Assembly: GCA_045615915.1 (NCBI GenBank)
Contig: JAZLFU010000016.1
Span: forward strand, 1-47,692
Length of the DNA: 47,692 nt
Direction of reading: 5' to 3'
Source of the DNA: Oscillospiraceae bacterium
Lineage (GTDB): Bacteria; Bacillota; Clostridia; Oscillospirales; Ruminococcaceae
Part shown: one piece after another, positions 23,439-33,230 of the stretch
Layout: every line of letters begins with the position of its first letter
Numbering within the stretch: position 1 is the stretch's first letter
Notes under the pieces: generated by a model
Databases searched by the model: none
The model's input: only the letters and a program-made list of their open reading frames with translations
What the model was told of the DNA's origin: nothing
Program-made: the position numbers and the translations under genes

Positions 23439-24304
23439 TCAAGGCCATCTCCCTCTTCAGGATTTTCAGATTGACCTTTGAAGGATTTGAGCACGATTAC
23501 GTCCGTTACGTTGGAAATATCAGCGAAGGGAACTATTTCGGCGCTCAAAGAAAGTCCGTTGCCATCAAGCTCGATATTCTTTACCGTTCCGACCCGGAGG
23601 TCTTTCGGGTAAACTCCGCCTATTCCGGAGGTAACTACGATATCTCCAACCGCGATACCGCTGTTTTTGGGGAGGTAGTTAAGGCGGCAAAGTCCGTCGG
23701 AGGCAAGGGAAATATCTCCGGTTATTATTCCGCTGTCTCGGGTTGAGATACTGTAAACGCCGACTTCAATGGATATATCGAGTACCGTTCTTATGTGGGA
23801 ATATGTGGCGCCTACTTCCCAGACTATTCCGATAAGTCCGTCGGAGGTTATGATGGGGTCGGAAATTTTTATTCCGTCTATGCTCCCTTTATCTATTGTG
23901 AATGAGGCAAAACGGCTTGACGCATCGCGGCCTATGACTGTTGCAGGCTCGAATTCATAGTCCGGGTTCGTTTCTTTAAGTTCGAGGAATTTACGGAGTT
24001 GGTCATTTTCACGCTTCATTTTTTCGTAATCAACGAGCTTATCTTCAAGCTCCCGAACTCTCTCGTTAAGGTCTTTATTTTTGAGATATACTTCCTCTGT
24101 CCGAACAAATCTGTCAAGGAAATCATCAACGGAATTTGTTACCGAGGAGCTGAAATCAAGGAACGGCTGTGAAATAACGGAGGCAGCCTGGGATAAAAAT
24201 ACGTCGGTATTTCCGGAAGCGGCGGCGTGTATCATAATTGAGATTACAAGAATTGCAACAGCGGCAAGGACAAAGAAATGCCAGCTTTTGAAAAACTTCT
24301 GCAT
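23435..24304 (-). CDS. mreC: Rod shape-determining protein MreC
   Basis: It has an N-terminal TM helix, a coiled-coil (NKDLNERVRELEDKLVDYEKMKRENDQLRKF), and a beta-rich C-terminus. The start was set at the ATG at 24304, 8 nt after AGGAG. Confidence 0.8.
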   Translation of the reverse strand: MQKFFKSWHFFVLAAVAILVISIMIHAAASGNTDVFLSQAASVISQPFLDFSSSVTNSVDDFLDRFVRTEEVYLKNKDLNERVRELEDKLVDYEKMKRENDQLRKFLELKETNPDYEFEPATVIGRDASSRFASFTIDKGSIDGIKISDPIITSDGLIGIVWEVGATYSHIRTVLDISIEVGVYSISTRDSGIITGDISLASDGLCRLNYLPKNSGIAVGDIVVTSGIGGVYPKDLRVGTVKNIELDGNGLSLSAEIVPFADISNVTDVIVLKSFKGQSENPEEGDGLE

Positions 24305-24402
24305 ATAAACCGCTCCTTTCCGAAAATACTTTATTGTCAAAAAAAGCGCTCCGCCTGCTGCTATTGTTCAGAGCGGAGCGAAATAACCGTGGAACTGGGG
24401 GA

Positions 24403-25425
24403 TTATCCGAGGCGGCGTTCGCTGTCGGATACTACTTCTTTAAGAAGGTCGATATTGTCAAGAACTTTACCGGAGCCTATTGCAACACAGTCAAGTGCGT
24501 TTTCCGCAACGAAAACGGGCATACCGGTTTCTTTGGAAATAAGCTTGTCAATGTTATGGAGAAGGCTTCCGCCGCCGGTAAGAGTTATACCGTGGTCGAT
24601 GATATCTGCGGAAAGCTCCGGCGGAGTGCGTTCAAGGGTGGCCTTTATTGCATCCATAATGGAGGTGAGCGGGTCGGAAAGCGCATCGCGTATTTCCTCG
24701 CTCGTTATGAACATATTTTTAGGAAGTCCGTCGACGAGGTTGCGACCCTTTATCTCCATTTCAAGCTCTTCTTCAAACGGGAAAGCGGAGCCTATGGTCA
24801 TCTTTATGGCTTCGGCGGTGCGTTCACCGATAAGAAGGTTATACTTTTTCTTTATGTAGGAAATTATCGCTATATCGAATGCGTCTCCGCCGACACGAAC
24901 GGATTTGGAAGCAACTATACCGCCGAGGGATATAACGGCGACCTCGCTCGTTCCGCCGCCGATATCGACTACCATATTACCGCAGGCATCGGCAACGGGA
25001 AGCCCCGCTCCGATAGCCGCCGCCATAGGTTCCTCGATAATTGAAACGTGGCGTGCGCCGGCTTTTTCGGCGGCTTCCTTAACGGCACGTCTTTCAACTT
25101 CGGTTACGCCGGAAGGAATGCAGATAACAACTCTCGGACGGGCAAAAAGGGAGTTGTTGAAAACTTTTTTGATGAATATCTGGAGCATGCTCGCTGCGAT
25201 ATCAAAGTCGGCGATAACGCCGTCTTTAAGAGGTCTTACCGCAACGATAGAGCCGGGAGTACGTCCGATTACTTCCTTTGCTTCGGTACCGACGTAACGG
25301 ACTGTATCAGTTCTCGTATCAACGGCAACAACGGAAGGCTCGCGCATTATAATGCCCTTGCCCTTTGAAAAAATAAGCGTATTTGCGGTACCGAGGTCGA
25401 TACCTATATCCTGGTTGAAAAACAT
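24403..25425 (-). CDS. mreB: Rod shape-determining actin-like protein MreB
   Basis: [29 protein letters not shown], and [19 protein letters not shown] are canonical MreB motifs. Confidence 0.9.
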   Translation of the reverse strand: MFFNQDIGIDLGTANTLIFSKGKGIIMREPSVVAVDTRTDTVRYVGTEAKEVIGRTPGSIVAVRPLKDGVIADFDIAASMLQIFIKKVFNNSLFARPRVVICIPSGVTEVERRAVKEAAEKAGARHVSIIEEPMAAAIGAGLPVADACGNMVVDIGGGTSEVAVISLGGIVASKSVRVGGDAFDIAIISYIKKKYNLLIGERTAEAIKMTIGSAFPFEEELEMEIKGRNLVDGLPKNMFITSEEIRDALSDPLTSIMDAIKATLERTPPELSADIIDHGITLTGGGSLLHNIDKLISKETGMPVFVAENALDCVAIGSGKVLDNIDLLKEVVSDSERRLG

Positions 25426-25564
25426 AAAATCATAGCTCCTTTTTTAGGTGATAATAAAAATTAAAGATACTTCGTTAATATTATAAAATTATTATAATCA
25501 TAAAAACCGCGGTACGCAACAAGCAAATGTTAAAAAAGTGTAAAAAATATCGAAAAAATTGCAA

Positions 25565-25975
25565 TTATGTATCAATTCCGGCGTCGGAAAGCATATCGGC
25601 GATAGTCGTAGTGTCAACAACGCTGTCAACGGCGTCTTTAATGCGCTTATAAAGTCCGTAGGTGATACAGCCTCCGGAATGTTCACAGCCTATTTCACAG
25701 CATTCAACCGGCGCAAGGCTTCCTTCGGCGGCGCGGAGAACTTCTCCGGCAGTTATTTCGGAAGCGGGCTTCATAAGAACGTATCCGCCCTGTGCTCCGC
25801 GAACGCTTTTAACAAGCCCGGCTTTGGTAAACTGCATTATTATCTGTTCAAGATATTTGTCGCTTATATCCTGGCGGCGGGATATTTCCTTTATGGGAAC
25901 GGGCTTTCCGCGGCTCTCTTTGGCAATATCAAGGATAAGCCTTAAGCCGTAGCGTCCCTTTGTTGAAATCATCAT
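25565..25975 (-). CDS. Rrf2 family transcriptional regulator (IscR/CymR-like)
   Basis: MISTKGRYGLRLILDIA...ISDKYLEQIIMQFTKAGLVKSVRGAQGGY, plus a Cys cluster ECCEIGCEHSGGC. Confidence 0.8.
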   Translation of the reverse strand: MMISTKGRYGLRLILDIAKESRGKPVPIKEISRRQDISDKYLEQIIMQFTKAGLVKSVRGAQGGYVLMKPASEITAGEVLRAAEGSLAPVECCEIGCEHSGGCITYGLYKRIKDAVDSVVDTTTIADMLSDAGIDT

Positions 25976-26043
25976 AATTTTATTATCTGCCCTTATAATA
26001 TAATATATATTCAGTATAGCATGATATCGGAGCTATGGCAATA

Positions 26044-26529
26044 TCAAATATCAATTTTATTTTTCATGAGGATACATACCGCGTGAGCACCGATCCCCAC
26101 TCCGCCGATACCAAGCCCCTCTTCAGTAGTCGCCTTGACGTTTACGACAGAAATATCCGTTCCTAAAATACCGGCGATATTCTTCCTCATATCGTCAATA
26201 TATGGCTTTAGCATCGGCTTTTCGGCTATTATAGTGCAGTCAATATTCGAAAGGGAATAGCCGGTGCTCAAAAGCTCGTTCCAAACGTCTTTGAGAAGCA
26301 AAAGACTGTCTGCGCCTTCGTATTCCAGATCGCTGTCCGGGAAGCGCCTTCCTATATCCGGAAGAGCCGCCGCGCCGAGAAGGGCATCCGTTACCGCATG
26401 GGCGAGGACGTCCGCGTCGGAATGGCCCAAAAGCCCGTATTCAAAAGGAACGGTAACTCCGCCGAGGACGAGCTTTCTGTTTTCGGCGAATTTATGTACG
26501 TCATAGCCATGACCTATACGGAGCGTCAT
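26044..26529 (-). CDS. ispF: 2-C-methyl-D-erythritol 2,4-cyclodiphosphate synthase
   Basis: RIGHGYDVHKF...LLGHSDADVLAHA...PDIG..FPD are IspF signatures. Confidence 0.9.
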   Translation of the reverse strand: MTLRIGHGYDVHKFAENRKLVLGGVTVPFEYGLLGHSDADVLAHAVTDALLGAAALPDIGRRFPDSDLEYEGADSLLLLKDVWNELLSTGYSLSNIDCTIIAEKPMLKPYIDDMRKNIAGILGTDISVVNVKATTEEGLGIGGVGIGAHAVCILMKNKIDI

Positions 26530-27251
26530 TTGTTTTTTCTCCTTTCAAAAAGAGCGTTTGCAATAATTACGTCTTCGGGTGAGGTTATTTTTATGTTCGT
26601 TTTGTTTCCCGGAGTGAGAAAAACTTTTCTTGCGTCGTTTTCAAAGATGCGGCTGTCGTCTGTCCAGTCGGAAAGCTCCCGGAAGGCGCGTTCCATTGCC
26701 GGAAGATAGATATTTACATCAAAAATCTGGGGAGTCTGTACCGCAAAAAGTTTTTCTCTTGCGGGAGTGTATTCAACGAAGCCGTTTTTCTTTCCGTATT
26801 TTATGGTATCGGTAACGGGTACGGCAAGAACGGCTCCTCCGCAGTGGAAAGCGTCGTTCGCGCATCGGGTTATATCTTCGGGGCGAACAAGAGGCCTCGC
26901 GCCGTCATGTATCGCGACGAAATCGCATTTTTCCGATACGCAGCGAACTCCGTTCCTTACGGATTCGGCTCTTGTTGCGCCGCCGGGAACAATTTTCGAA
27001 AGCTTTGTGATTTTGTATTTTTCACAGATTTCGGCGGCAAATTCAACGGAGCTTTGCTTTGTAACGACGATTATTTCCGAAACGGTTTCGCAGTTCTCAA
27101 AAGCAAGGAGGCTATGGGCAAGAACGGGAATGCCGCCGATTTCCATAAACTGCTTGTCGTTTCCGCCCATTCTTTCAGAATTTCCGGCGGCTACGATCAC
27201 TGCGCTTAAAAACGGATTTGAAAAAAAGCTCGATTCGATATATTCCTCCAT
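26526..27251 (-). CDS. ispD: 2-C-methyl-D-erythritol 4-phosphate cytidylyltransferase
   Basis: AVIVAAGNSERMG, VAIHDGARPLV, and TDTIK are present. Its stop overlaps the ispF start. The start was set at the ATG at 27251, which follows AAAGGAAG. Confidence 0.85.
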   Translation of the reverse strand: MEEYIESSFFSNPFLSAVIVAAGNSERMGGNDKQFMEIGGIPVLAHSLLAFENCETVSEIIVVTKQSSVEFAAEICEKYKITKLSKIVPGGATRAESVRNGVRCVSEKCDFVAIHDGARPLVRPEDITRCANDAFHCGGAVLAVPVTDTIKYGKKNGFVEYTPAREKLFAVQTPQIFDVNIYLPAMERAFRELSDWTDDSRIFENDARKVFLTPGNKTNIKITSPEDVIIANALFERRKNK

Positions 27252-27325
27252 TGCTGTCTTCCTTTGTTTTTTATTTCTATATGATAAATATATCACTTTT
27301 TACGGAAATTGCAAAGGAAAATTGT

Positions 27326-27354
27326 TTGACAATATATTTTTAATTTATTATAAT
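27326..27354 (+). promoter_or_regulatory. Consensus sigma-A promoter for tmk
   Basis: TTGACA (27326-27331), a 17-nt spacer, then TATAAT (27349-27354). Confidence 0.65.
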
Positions 27355-27386
27355 TATGTCGGTATTTCGTAAGGAGGCGTATAGTT

Positions 27387-28016
27387 TTGGAAAAGAAGCA
27401 AGGACTTTTTATCGTCATTGAAGGAGTTGACGGCTCCGGAAAAAGCACCCAGGCAAATCTTCTTGCAAAGTATCTGCGTTCTCTCGGAAGAAATGTCCAC
27501 CATACAATGGAGCCTACCGAAAGCGGGCTCGGAGGAATGGTGCGCGACGGTCTCGGAGGTGAACACTCGAGGACTTCCGAAGAGCTTGCGGCAATGTTCC
27601 TTGCGGACAGAGTTGCCCATAATGTAAGTCCGAAAAGCGGAATAAAACAGTTCCTCGAAAACGGAACTGACGTCGTTTGCGACCGCTACTATTATTCCTC
27701 CCTTGCGTATCAGGGAGTTGACGGGCCTTTCGATTGGGTAGCGGATATGAATTTAAAAAGCCCCGTCATAGAAAAACCCGACCTTTGCATTTTCATAGAC
27801 CTGGATCCGGAAAAATGCAGCGAGCGTATACATTCCGGAAGAAGCCATTTTGAGATATTCGAAGAAAACGAAGCCATGATCGCTGAAACCCGCCGCCGTT
27901 ACGGAAAGGTTTTCGAGTTTTTGAAAGATAAAGAAAATATCGTAATTATAGATGGCGCAAGAACCGTTGATGAGGTTTTTGCCGATATAAAAAAGGAAAT
28001 AGAAAAACTGCTGTAA
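27387..28016 (+). CDS. tmk: dTMP (thymidylate) kinase
   Basis: LFIVIEGVDGSGKSTQ (P-loop) and DRYYYSSLAYQG are present. The TTG start lies 9 nt after GGAGG. Confidence 0.85.
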   Translation: MEKKQGLFIVIEGVDGSGKSTQANLLAKYLRSLGRNVHHTMEPTESGLGGMVRDGLGGEHSRTSEELAAMFLADRVAHNVSPKSGIKQFLENGTDVVCDRYYYSSLAYQGVDGPFDWVADMNLKSPVIEKPDLCIFIDLDPEKCSERIHSGRSHFEIFEENEAMIAETRRRYGKVFEFLKDKENIVIIDGARTVDEVFADIKKEIEKLL

Positions 28017-28027
28017 GATAAAAATAA

Positions 28028-28060
28028 GCTGCCCGGCGTTTTGACCGGGCAGCATTTTTT
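28028..28060. terminator. Bidirectional intrinsic terminator (tmk convergent with the HTH-SOR gene)
   Basis: A perfect 9-bp GC-rich stem gctgcccgg / ccgggcagc has an 8-nt loop and is followed by TTTTTT. Confidence 0.75.
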
Positions 28061-28643
28061 ATATCTTCTTTTTGAAAAATCCGTGGCGGTTGCAGTAAAC
28101 ACAGATATATTTTACGCGGCTAATTTTAAAACGCGCTTCGCAGCTTCCTTCGGGATATAGCTTTACGAGCTGTATTCCGCAATCGGAAATCGCCGCAATA
28201 AACGAAATATGGTGTTCACGGCTCATTTCGTGCTCGACGGTAACGTAATATTCTCCGTCAGAAATCTCAACGTTTATTCTGTGCTCAAAATCCGGGGCTT
28301 CGCTTTCAAGAGGCGGAAGGGTTATTCCGTGGCAGCTTACGAGAACTTCTCCCGCGGAAGCAATAACGTTTCCGCAAACGGGACAGACGTAAAATTCGGA
28401 GTGGAGCATATTGAAAGAGCGGTTTGTGTTGGTAATATCGCTTCCGGAAAGAAGCTCTATTACGGAAATGCCGAGGGCTTTCGCGAGAGGCTCCAAAAGG
28501 GAAATATCCGGGTATCCCTTAGAGGTTTCCCATTTGGATATTGCTTTGTCGCTTACCGAAAGCCTTTCCGCAAGTTCGCTTTGAGTCATTTTATGTTCTT
28601 CACGAAGACGCTTTATCATAGCGCCGGTAACATATTGGTCCAT
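28059..28643 (-). CDS. XRE-family HTH protein fused to a desulfoferrodoxin/superoxide-reductase-like domain
   Basis: The N-terminus reads IKRLREEHKMTQSELAERLSVSDKAISKWETSKGYPDISLLEPLAKALG (HTH_3). A desulforedoxin-like CPVCGNV...SCHG follows, then SOR centre-II-like ligands EHRINV, VEHEMSREHHISFI and YCNRHG. Confidence 0.6.
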   Translation of the reverse strand: MDQYVTGAMIKRLREEHKMTQSELAERLSVSDKAISKWETSKGYPDISLLEPLAKALGISVIELLSGSDITNTNRSFNMLHSEFYVCPVCGNVIASAGEVLVSCHGITLPPLESEAPDFEHRINVEISDGEYYVTVEHEMSREHHISFIAAISDCGIQLVKLYPEGSCEARFKISRVKYICVYCNRHGFFKKKI

Positions 28644-28712
28644 TATAAAACCTCCTTTACGGCTCTATAATAACACGGTTTTGCGATAATATCCACCTAC
28701 GGAAAGTAGAAA

Positions 28713-29951
28713 TCAGAATTTCGAGATATCTGCATTTACGGTATGGACAATAGGGCGCCATTCGGCTTTTGAAAAAATTGAGGCAATAGCAATGGGAATA
28801 TATGTAGCCATAAATATCGGAAATGTAAAAATGTAAATGAATTTTTTCAAAGCCGATGCGCGGATGTTTTTCCATTCGGTTATTGCGGTTATCGCTCCCG
28901 CCAGGAACAGCAGAAGATACGAGCTTAATGCGCCGGCAGCAGCCGATATAATGATTGGCATAAGAGATGCTCCGGAAATTATCCTGTAAACAGTATCCGC
29001 GAGATTTATTATGATGCCGCCTATTGATAAAACGGCCGCCGGAAGTATCGACATTGTTACATCATAGCAGGAAAAATCTCCGTGGAATATTCCGGTTATG
29101 AGCTTCTTTCCGTAATTGCGGAAAACTTGAATATAGCCTTTTGTCCAACGAATACGCTGATGCCAGGATTGAATAAAGGAAGTCGGCTGTTCATCATAAA
29201 AAACGGCAGTGGGGCAATAGGCGATTTTTTCACCGTTCACTATGCTGTAAACGGTAAATTCGATATCTTCGGTCAAAAGATGAAATTTCCAGGAACCCAT
29301 TTCGTCAAGGATGCGGCGGCTGAAAAAGAAACCGGTTCCGGAAACTCCGGCGCTTGAACCGATTATAGATCTTGCGCCGTTGAGATATTGAGCTTCGCGC
29401 AAAAACCAAAGTCCGTAACCGGCGGAGATCCAGTTGCTCCCGAAATTCTTCGAGTTGCGGTAGCTTGTTATTATATCGTTTCCGGCGGAAAAAGTCTTGT
29501 TCATTTCGGATATGTAGTTCTTATCGAGAACGTTATCGGCGTCGAAAACAAAATAACCGTCGAAGTAATTTTTCGGGTAATTGAATTTTATGTGTTCAAT
29601 AAGTGATTCAAGTGCATAGCCCTTTCCTATGTGTTCGGTATCGTTCCTTTCATAAACAGTTGCGCCGGAATTTCTTGCGGAAAGGGCGGTGCTATCCGTA
29701 CAGTTATCAGCCATTACAAAAATGTTGATAAGGCTTGCGTCGTAGGTTTGCAGTTTTATGCTTTTGATAAGATCGGGTATGATTTTTTCCTCGTTCCGTG
29801 CGCAGATAAGAACGGCAAAACGGTGTTTTTTCTCTTCATCATGCACTTTGAATTTGCCGGAAAGTACGATTGGGATATAGATGATCTGATATAAATAACA
29901 GAGTGAAAAAATTATTCCTATGATGGAGTTTATCAGGGTTATTGTGTTCAT
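28713..29951 (-). CDS. Membrane-embedded processive family-2 glycosyltransferase (polysaccharide synthase-like)
   Basis: It has an N-terminal TM helix, FAVLICARNEE, FVFDADNVL (DxD), TEDIEF (TED), QRIRWTKG (QxxRW), and C-terminal TM helices. The start was set at the ATG at 29951, 7 nt after GGAG. Confidence 0.75.
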   Translation of the reverse strand: MNTITLINSIIGIIFSLCYLYQIIYIPIVLSGKFKVHDEEKKHRFAVLICARNEEKIIPDLIKSIKLQTYDASLINIFVMADNCTDSTALSARNSGATVYERNDTEHIGKGYALESLIEHIKFNYPKNYFDGYFVFDADNVLDKNYISEMNKTFSAGNDIITSYRNSKNFGSNWISAGYGLWFLREAQYLNGARSIIGSSAGVSGTGFFFSRRILDEMGSWKFHLLTEDIEFTVYSIVNGEKIAYCPTAVFYDEQPTSFIQSWHQRIRWTKGYIQVFRNYGKKLITGIFHGDFSCYDVTMSILPAAVLSIGGIIINLADTVYRIISGASLMPIIISAAAGALSSYLLLFLAGAITAITEWKNIRASALKKFIYIFTFPIFMATYIPIAIASIFSKAEWRPIVHTVNADISKF

Positions 29952-30065
29952 ACAAGGGCTCCGTTTTAGCAGATATTTGTTTTTTCGACAAAAAACTTTT
30001 GTTATCATGGTATACGAAAAAACTTTAAAATTCAACTGGAAATTTTTTTAAGATTTTATTAAATT

Positions 30066-30914
30066 TCAGCTGAAACGGAAATATTTTTCAACCCTTGCGA
30101 GTGTTTCTTCGGTGAAAGAAAAAAGTCCGGTGGAGGTGTCTTTGAGCACGTCGCAGGTAACGTGGCTCGAAGAGACCGTTCCTGTGCTCAAAATTTCATT
30201 TACTGCGGAAATATATTCTTCGCGTTCAAGGGCGCTTATATCGGTTTTTGCGGCGTTATAAAGAACGGAGAAGAGATTGCCGCTTTCGGGCAGAAAACGG
30301 CGGAGCCTTCTTCGAAGAAATTCCGCGATCATTCGTGAAAGTGTGTCGCAGCGTTCCGCTTCGGTAAATTCGGGATATGTTACTATATCCGTGAATTTCT
30401 TGCCGTTAATGGACTGAACTCCGGCGGAAAGATTTATATAGCGTTTTCCGTCGGAATAAAAAAGACTTTTCGGCAGAACATAATCAAAGCCGCCGGATTT
30501 CGATATCAGCGTTTCGGCGCTTTCGCGATTCCAAACAAAATAGCCGTCTATATTGATATTAAGTTCTTTTTCAAGGGCACCGGTGAACACTTTTTCGGAG
30601 GTCATTGAAAAAAGTTCTCCGGCGGAAAGAGAAATTCCGGAATAACTCATTTCGGTTTTCCCGGAAAAGCTGAAAACCGGAATACGCCCGTGCTCAACGT
30701 CGAGCGCAATAAGAGAAAACGGCCCGTAGTTTTTTTCGTCTTCAAAGATGAAGAGAAAAACGGCGGGATCCGCGGATATATAGCTTTGTTCTTCGGTTTC
30801 GGAGGCGGTCGTTTCGGGCGAGGATTTCGAATAGCGGTATACAAAAACAGCCGTAATCGAAAACAGTATTAAAAATCCCGCGCCGAGGGCAAGTGAAAAA
30901 ATACGCATTTTCAT
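30066..30914 (-). CDS. Membrane-anchored hypothetical protein, possibly a divergent LytR-CpsA-Psr (LCP)-like domain
   Basis: It has one N-terminal TM helix. INIDGYFVWNRESAETLISKSGGFDYVLP resembles the LCP core (i.iD.yv.vnf.gf..lvd.lGG). The similarity is weak. Confidence 0.35.
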   Translation of the reverse strand: MKMRIFSLALGAGFLILFSITAVFVYRYSKSSPETTASETEEQSYISADPAVFLFIFEDEKNYGPFSLIALDVEHGRIPVFSFSGKTEMSYSGISLSAGELFSMTSEKVFTGALEKELNINIDGYFVWNRESAETLISKSGGFDYVLPKSLFYSDGKRYINLSAGVQSINGKKFTDIVTYPEFTEAERCDTLSRMIAEFLRRRLRRFLPESGNLFSVLYNAAKTDISALEREEYISAVNEILSTGTVSSSHVTCDVLKDTSTGLFSFTEETLARVEKYFRFS

Positions 30915-30971
30915 AAAATAATATCGCCTCCGTGTTTATTATTTTCACGAAGGCGATTTTATATTCAGTTT

Positions 30972-31232
30972 TTATTTCCTGTTTCTTATAAGCTCATATT
31001 TTTGTTTTGTGGCTTCTCCGCCGCGGATATGCCTTTCGAGCTTGTTTTTTTCGAGAATATTTTTGACTTCTTTATAGAGCGGCGGACTTATTTTAACAAG
31101 TCTTTCGGAAACGTCTTTATGTATCGTGCTTTTGCTTACTCCGAGCGCTTTTGCCGCGGAGCGTACCGTTGCACCGTTTTCGATTATGTATCTTGCCGCA
31201 AGAACTGCCCTTTCCTCCGGAAGCCCTTTCAA
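30972..31232 (-). CDS. spoIIID: Stage III sporulation transcriptional regulator SpoIIID
   Basis: LKGLPEERAVLAARYIIENGATVRSAAKALGVSKSTIHKDVSERL...RHIRGGEATKQKYE aligns residue-for-residue with my recollection of B. subtilis SpoIIID. The TTG start at 31232 lies 10 nt after GGAGG. The ORF-track start at 31253 contains the SD itself. Confidence 0.85.
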   Translation of the reverse strand: MKGLPEERAVLAARYIIENGATVRSAAKALGVSKSTIHKDVSERLVKISPPLYKEVKNILEKNKLERHIRGGEATKQKYELIRNRK

Positions 31233-31362
31233 AAGAACAAAACCTCCTTTCAAAAAAAGTTTAGTATGAAGGATATGAAAGAAAAGGACAAAATATTCAT
31301 CGTTGACTAAACCGCCGTTTTTGCTTATAATTTTAGTTGTAACAGAAAGCGAGGATGATAAA

Positions 31363-31911
31363 ATGCTTTATAACAAAACCGTCATATTGAAAGACGGGCG
31401 CGAATGTATTTTGAGGAACGTAGACGGGAACGACGCGGAGAAAGTCTGGCGCGTTTTTAACGAAGTCCATGCCGAAAGCGAAAATATGCTCACTTATCCC
31501 GAAGAAAACAGTTTCGACGTTGAAGGGGAAAGAAAATTTCTTGAAGGCTGTACCGAGAGCGAAAACGCGGTTGAAATCGGCGCTTTCGTTGATGGGGAGC
31601 TTGCCGGAACGGCGGGAATAGAGCCGATCGGAACAAAAATCAAGGTAAAGCATCGCGCCGATTTCGGTATAGGCATGCTCGAAAAATACAGCGGTTTGGG
31701 AATAGGAAAAGCGGCTGCGGAAGCTTCTATAGAATGCGCAAAAAGAGCGGGTTATCTCCAAATGGAGCTTGAAGTTGTGAGCACCAACGAAGCGGCGATA
31801 GCGCTCTATAAAAAGTGCGAATTTACCGAATACGGAAGAAACCCGAGAGGATTCAGAAAGAAAAACGGCGAATGGCAGGAACTCGTGCTCATGCGCCTTG
31901 AACTTGAGTGA
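31363..31911 (+). CDS. GNAT family N-acetyltransferase
   Basis: The acetyl-CoA motif region reads GMLEKYSGLGIGKAAAEASIECAKRAGYLQMELEVVSTNEAAIALYKKCEF. The start follows GAGGA. Confidence 0.75.
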   Translation: MLYNKTVILKDGRECILRNVDGNDAEKVWRVFNEVHAESENMLTYPEENSFDVEGERKFLEGCTESENAVEIGAFVDGELAGTAGIEPIGTKIKVKHRADFGIGMLEKYSGLGIGKAAAEASIECAKRAGYLQMELEVVSTNEAAIALYKKCEFTEYGRNPRGFRKKNGEWQELVLMRLELE

Positions 31912-31920
31912 GGCAGAACA

Positions 31921-32235
31921 ATGAAAAAGGTAAAAATAACGGTAATAAGAAAAGCGGACTATAAAGATTTGCAGGAAAAATATGAAAACCCTATTGAGCA
32001 CACCTGCGGTCTGAGCGAGGGTATGATTTTTATCGCAAACGGCCGGGAAAGACCGGAGGGCTTCTGCGAAAGCGCATGGGAAAGCGTTTCACCTTTCGTT
32101 ATGACTCTTGCACACGGCGGAGAGGATTTTTATGACGGCTGGATGAAAAACAAAAAGTCGGCGATGATATCCTGCAACGACGGCTTCCGCCCGGTAAGTT
32201 TTCTCATAGAAGCTCTCTCCGAGGACGCGGATTGA
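31921..32235 (+). CDS. TIGR04076 family protein (function unknown)
   Basis: The ~100-aa product has a conserved Cys pattern (HTCGL...PEGFCESAW...ISCNDG), as I recall for TIGR04076. Confidence 0.5.
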   Translation: MKKVKITVIRKADYKDLQEKYENPIEHTCGLSEGMIFIANGRERPEGFCESAWESVSPFVMTLAHGGEDFYDGWMKNKKSAMISCNDGFRPVSFLIEALSEDAD

Positions 32236-32332
32236 TATCCGGACAGAGATGAGCATTCCCGGACAGGACTGTTCTTTTGTTTTCCGCTAAAATAGATACT
32301 GCGAAGAAAACGGAAAAAGGAGCGCTTAAAAT

Positions 32333-33226
32333 ATGGAGTGGCTTGGCTGTCTTAAAAATGCGATAAAATTCATTGAAGACAATCTCGAAAACGATATTGA
32401 TGTTGCGGCGGTGGCAAAAGAGGTATACGTTTCTCCCTTCTATCTTCAAAAGGGGTTCCGTATAGTAACGGGCTATTCCATAGGCGAATATATACGTTAC
32501 AGAAGGCTTTACAAGGCGGCGCTTGATATTGCGGACAGCGGAGAAAAAATAATCGACATTGCTCTGCGTTACGGCTACGATACTCCGGAGGGCTTTACGA
32601 AGGCTTTCGGCAGGTTCCACGGAAATACGCCTGCAGCCATAAAGAAAAACCGCGCTCTTATAAAACCGTTTCTTCCGCTTGATATCAAAATTGAAATAAC
32701 GGGAGGAAACAAAATGGATTACGTTATAAGCCCTATGTGGGGAATGAAGCTTATAGGTTTTGAACGGGAGTTTTCTTATGAAACCGCCTATGATGAAATA
32801 CCGAAATTCTGGGACGAGATATGTGAAAAATACTGTAACCACAGTATCTATGCCGGACTTCCGCCGAGAAACGCCGAAGAGCAGGCGATAATCGATAACT
32901 GCATCGGTGAATACGGAGTCTGTATTGACGATATCGGCGGCGGGAAATTCCGTTATCTTGTGGCGGGAAGATATACCGGCGGAGAAGTTCCGGAGGGCAT
33001 GAGCCTTGTGGAGCTTCCGGCGGGCGATTGGCTTAAAGTTAAATGCAAAGGCCCGGTTCCGGAAACCTTGCAGGCAGTCAATACGGAGCTTTTTAAAGAG
33101 TGGCTTCCGGGGAACAGCGAATATGAAATTGCCGGAGGATACAATATCGAATGGTATTCCTGCGACGGTGAAAAGGCCGATTCGGATTATGAGAGCGGTA
33201 TCTGGGTACCTATAAAAAGAAAATGA
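32333..33226 (+). CDS. AraC family transcriptional regulator with GyrI-like effector-binding domain
   Basis: The N-terminal AraC HTH reads VAAVAKEVYVSPFYLQKGFRIVTGYSIGEYIRYRRL...YGYDTPEGFTKAF. The C-terminal ~170 aa are GyrI-like. Confidence 0.8.
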   Translation: MEWLGCLKNAIKFIEDNLENDIDVAAVAKEVYVSPFYLQKGFRIVTGYSIGEYIRYRRLYKAALDIADSGEKIIDIALRYGYDTPEGFTKAFGRFHGNTPAAIKKNRALIKPFLPLDIKIEITGGNKMDYVISPMWGMKLIGFEREFSYETAYDEIPKFWDEICEKYCNHSIYAGLPPRNAEEQAIIDNCIGEYGVCIDDIGGGKFRYLVAGRYTGGEVPEGMSLVELPAGDWLKVKCKGPVPETLQAVNTELFKEWLPGNSEYEIAGGYNIEWYSCDGEKADSDYESGIWVPIKRK

Positions 33227-33230
33227 TAAC

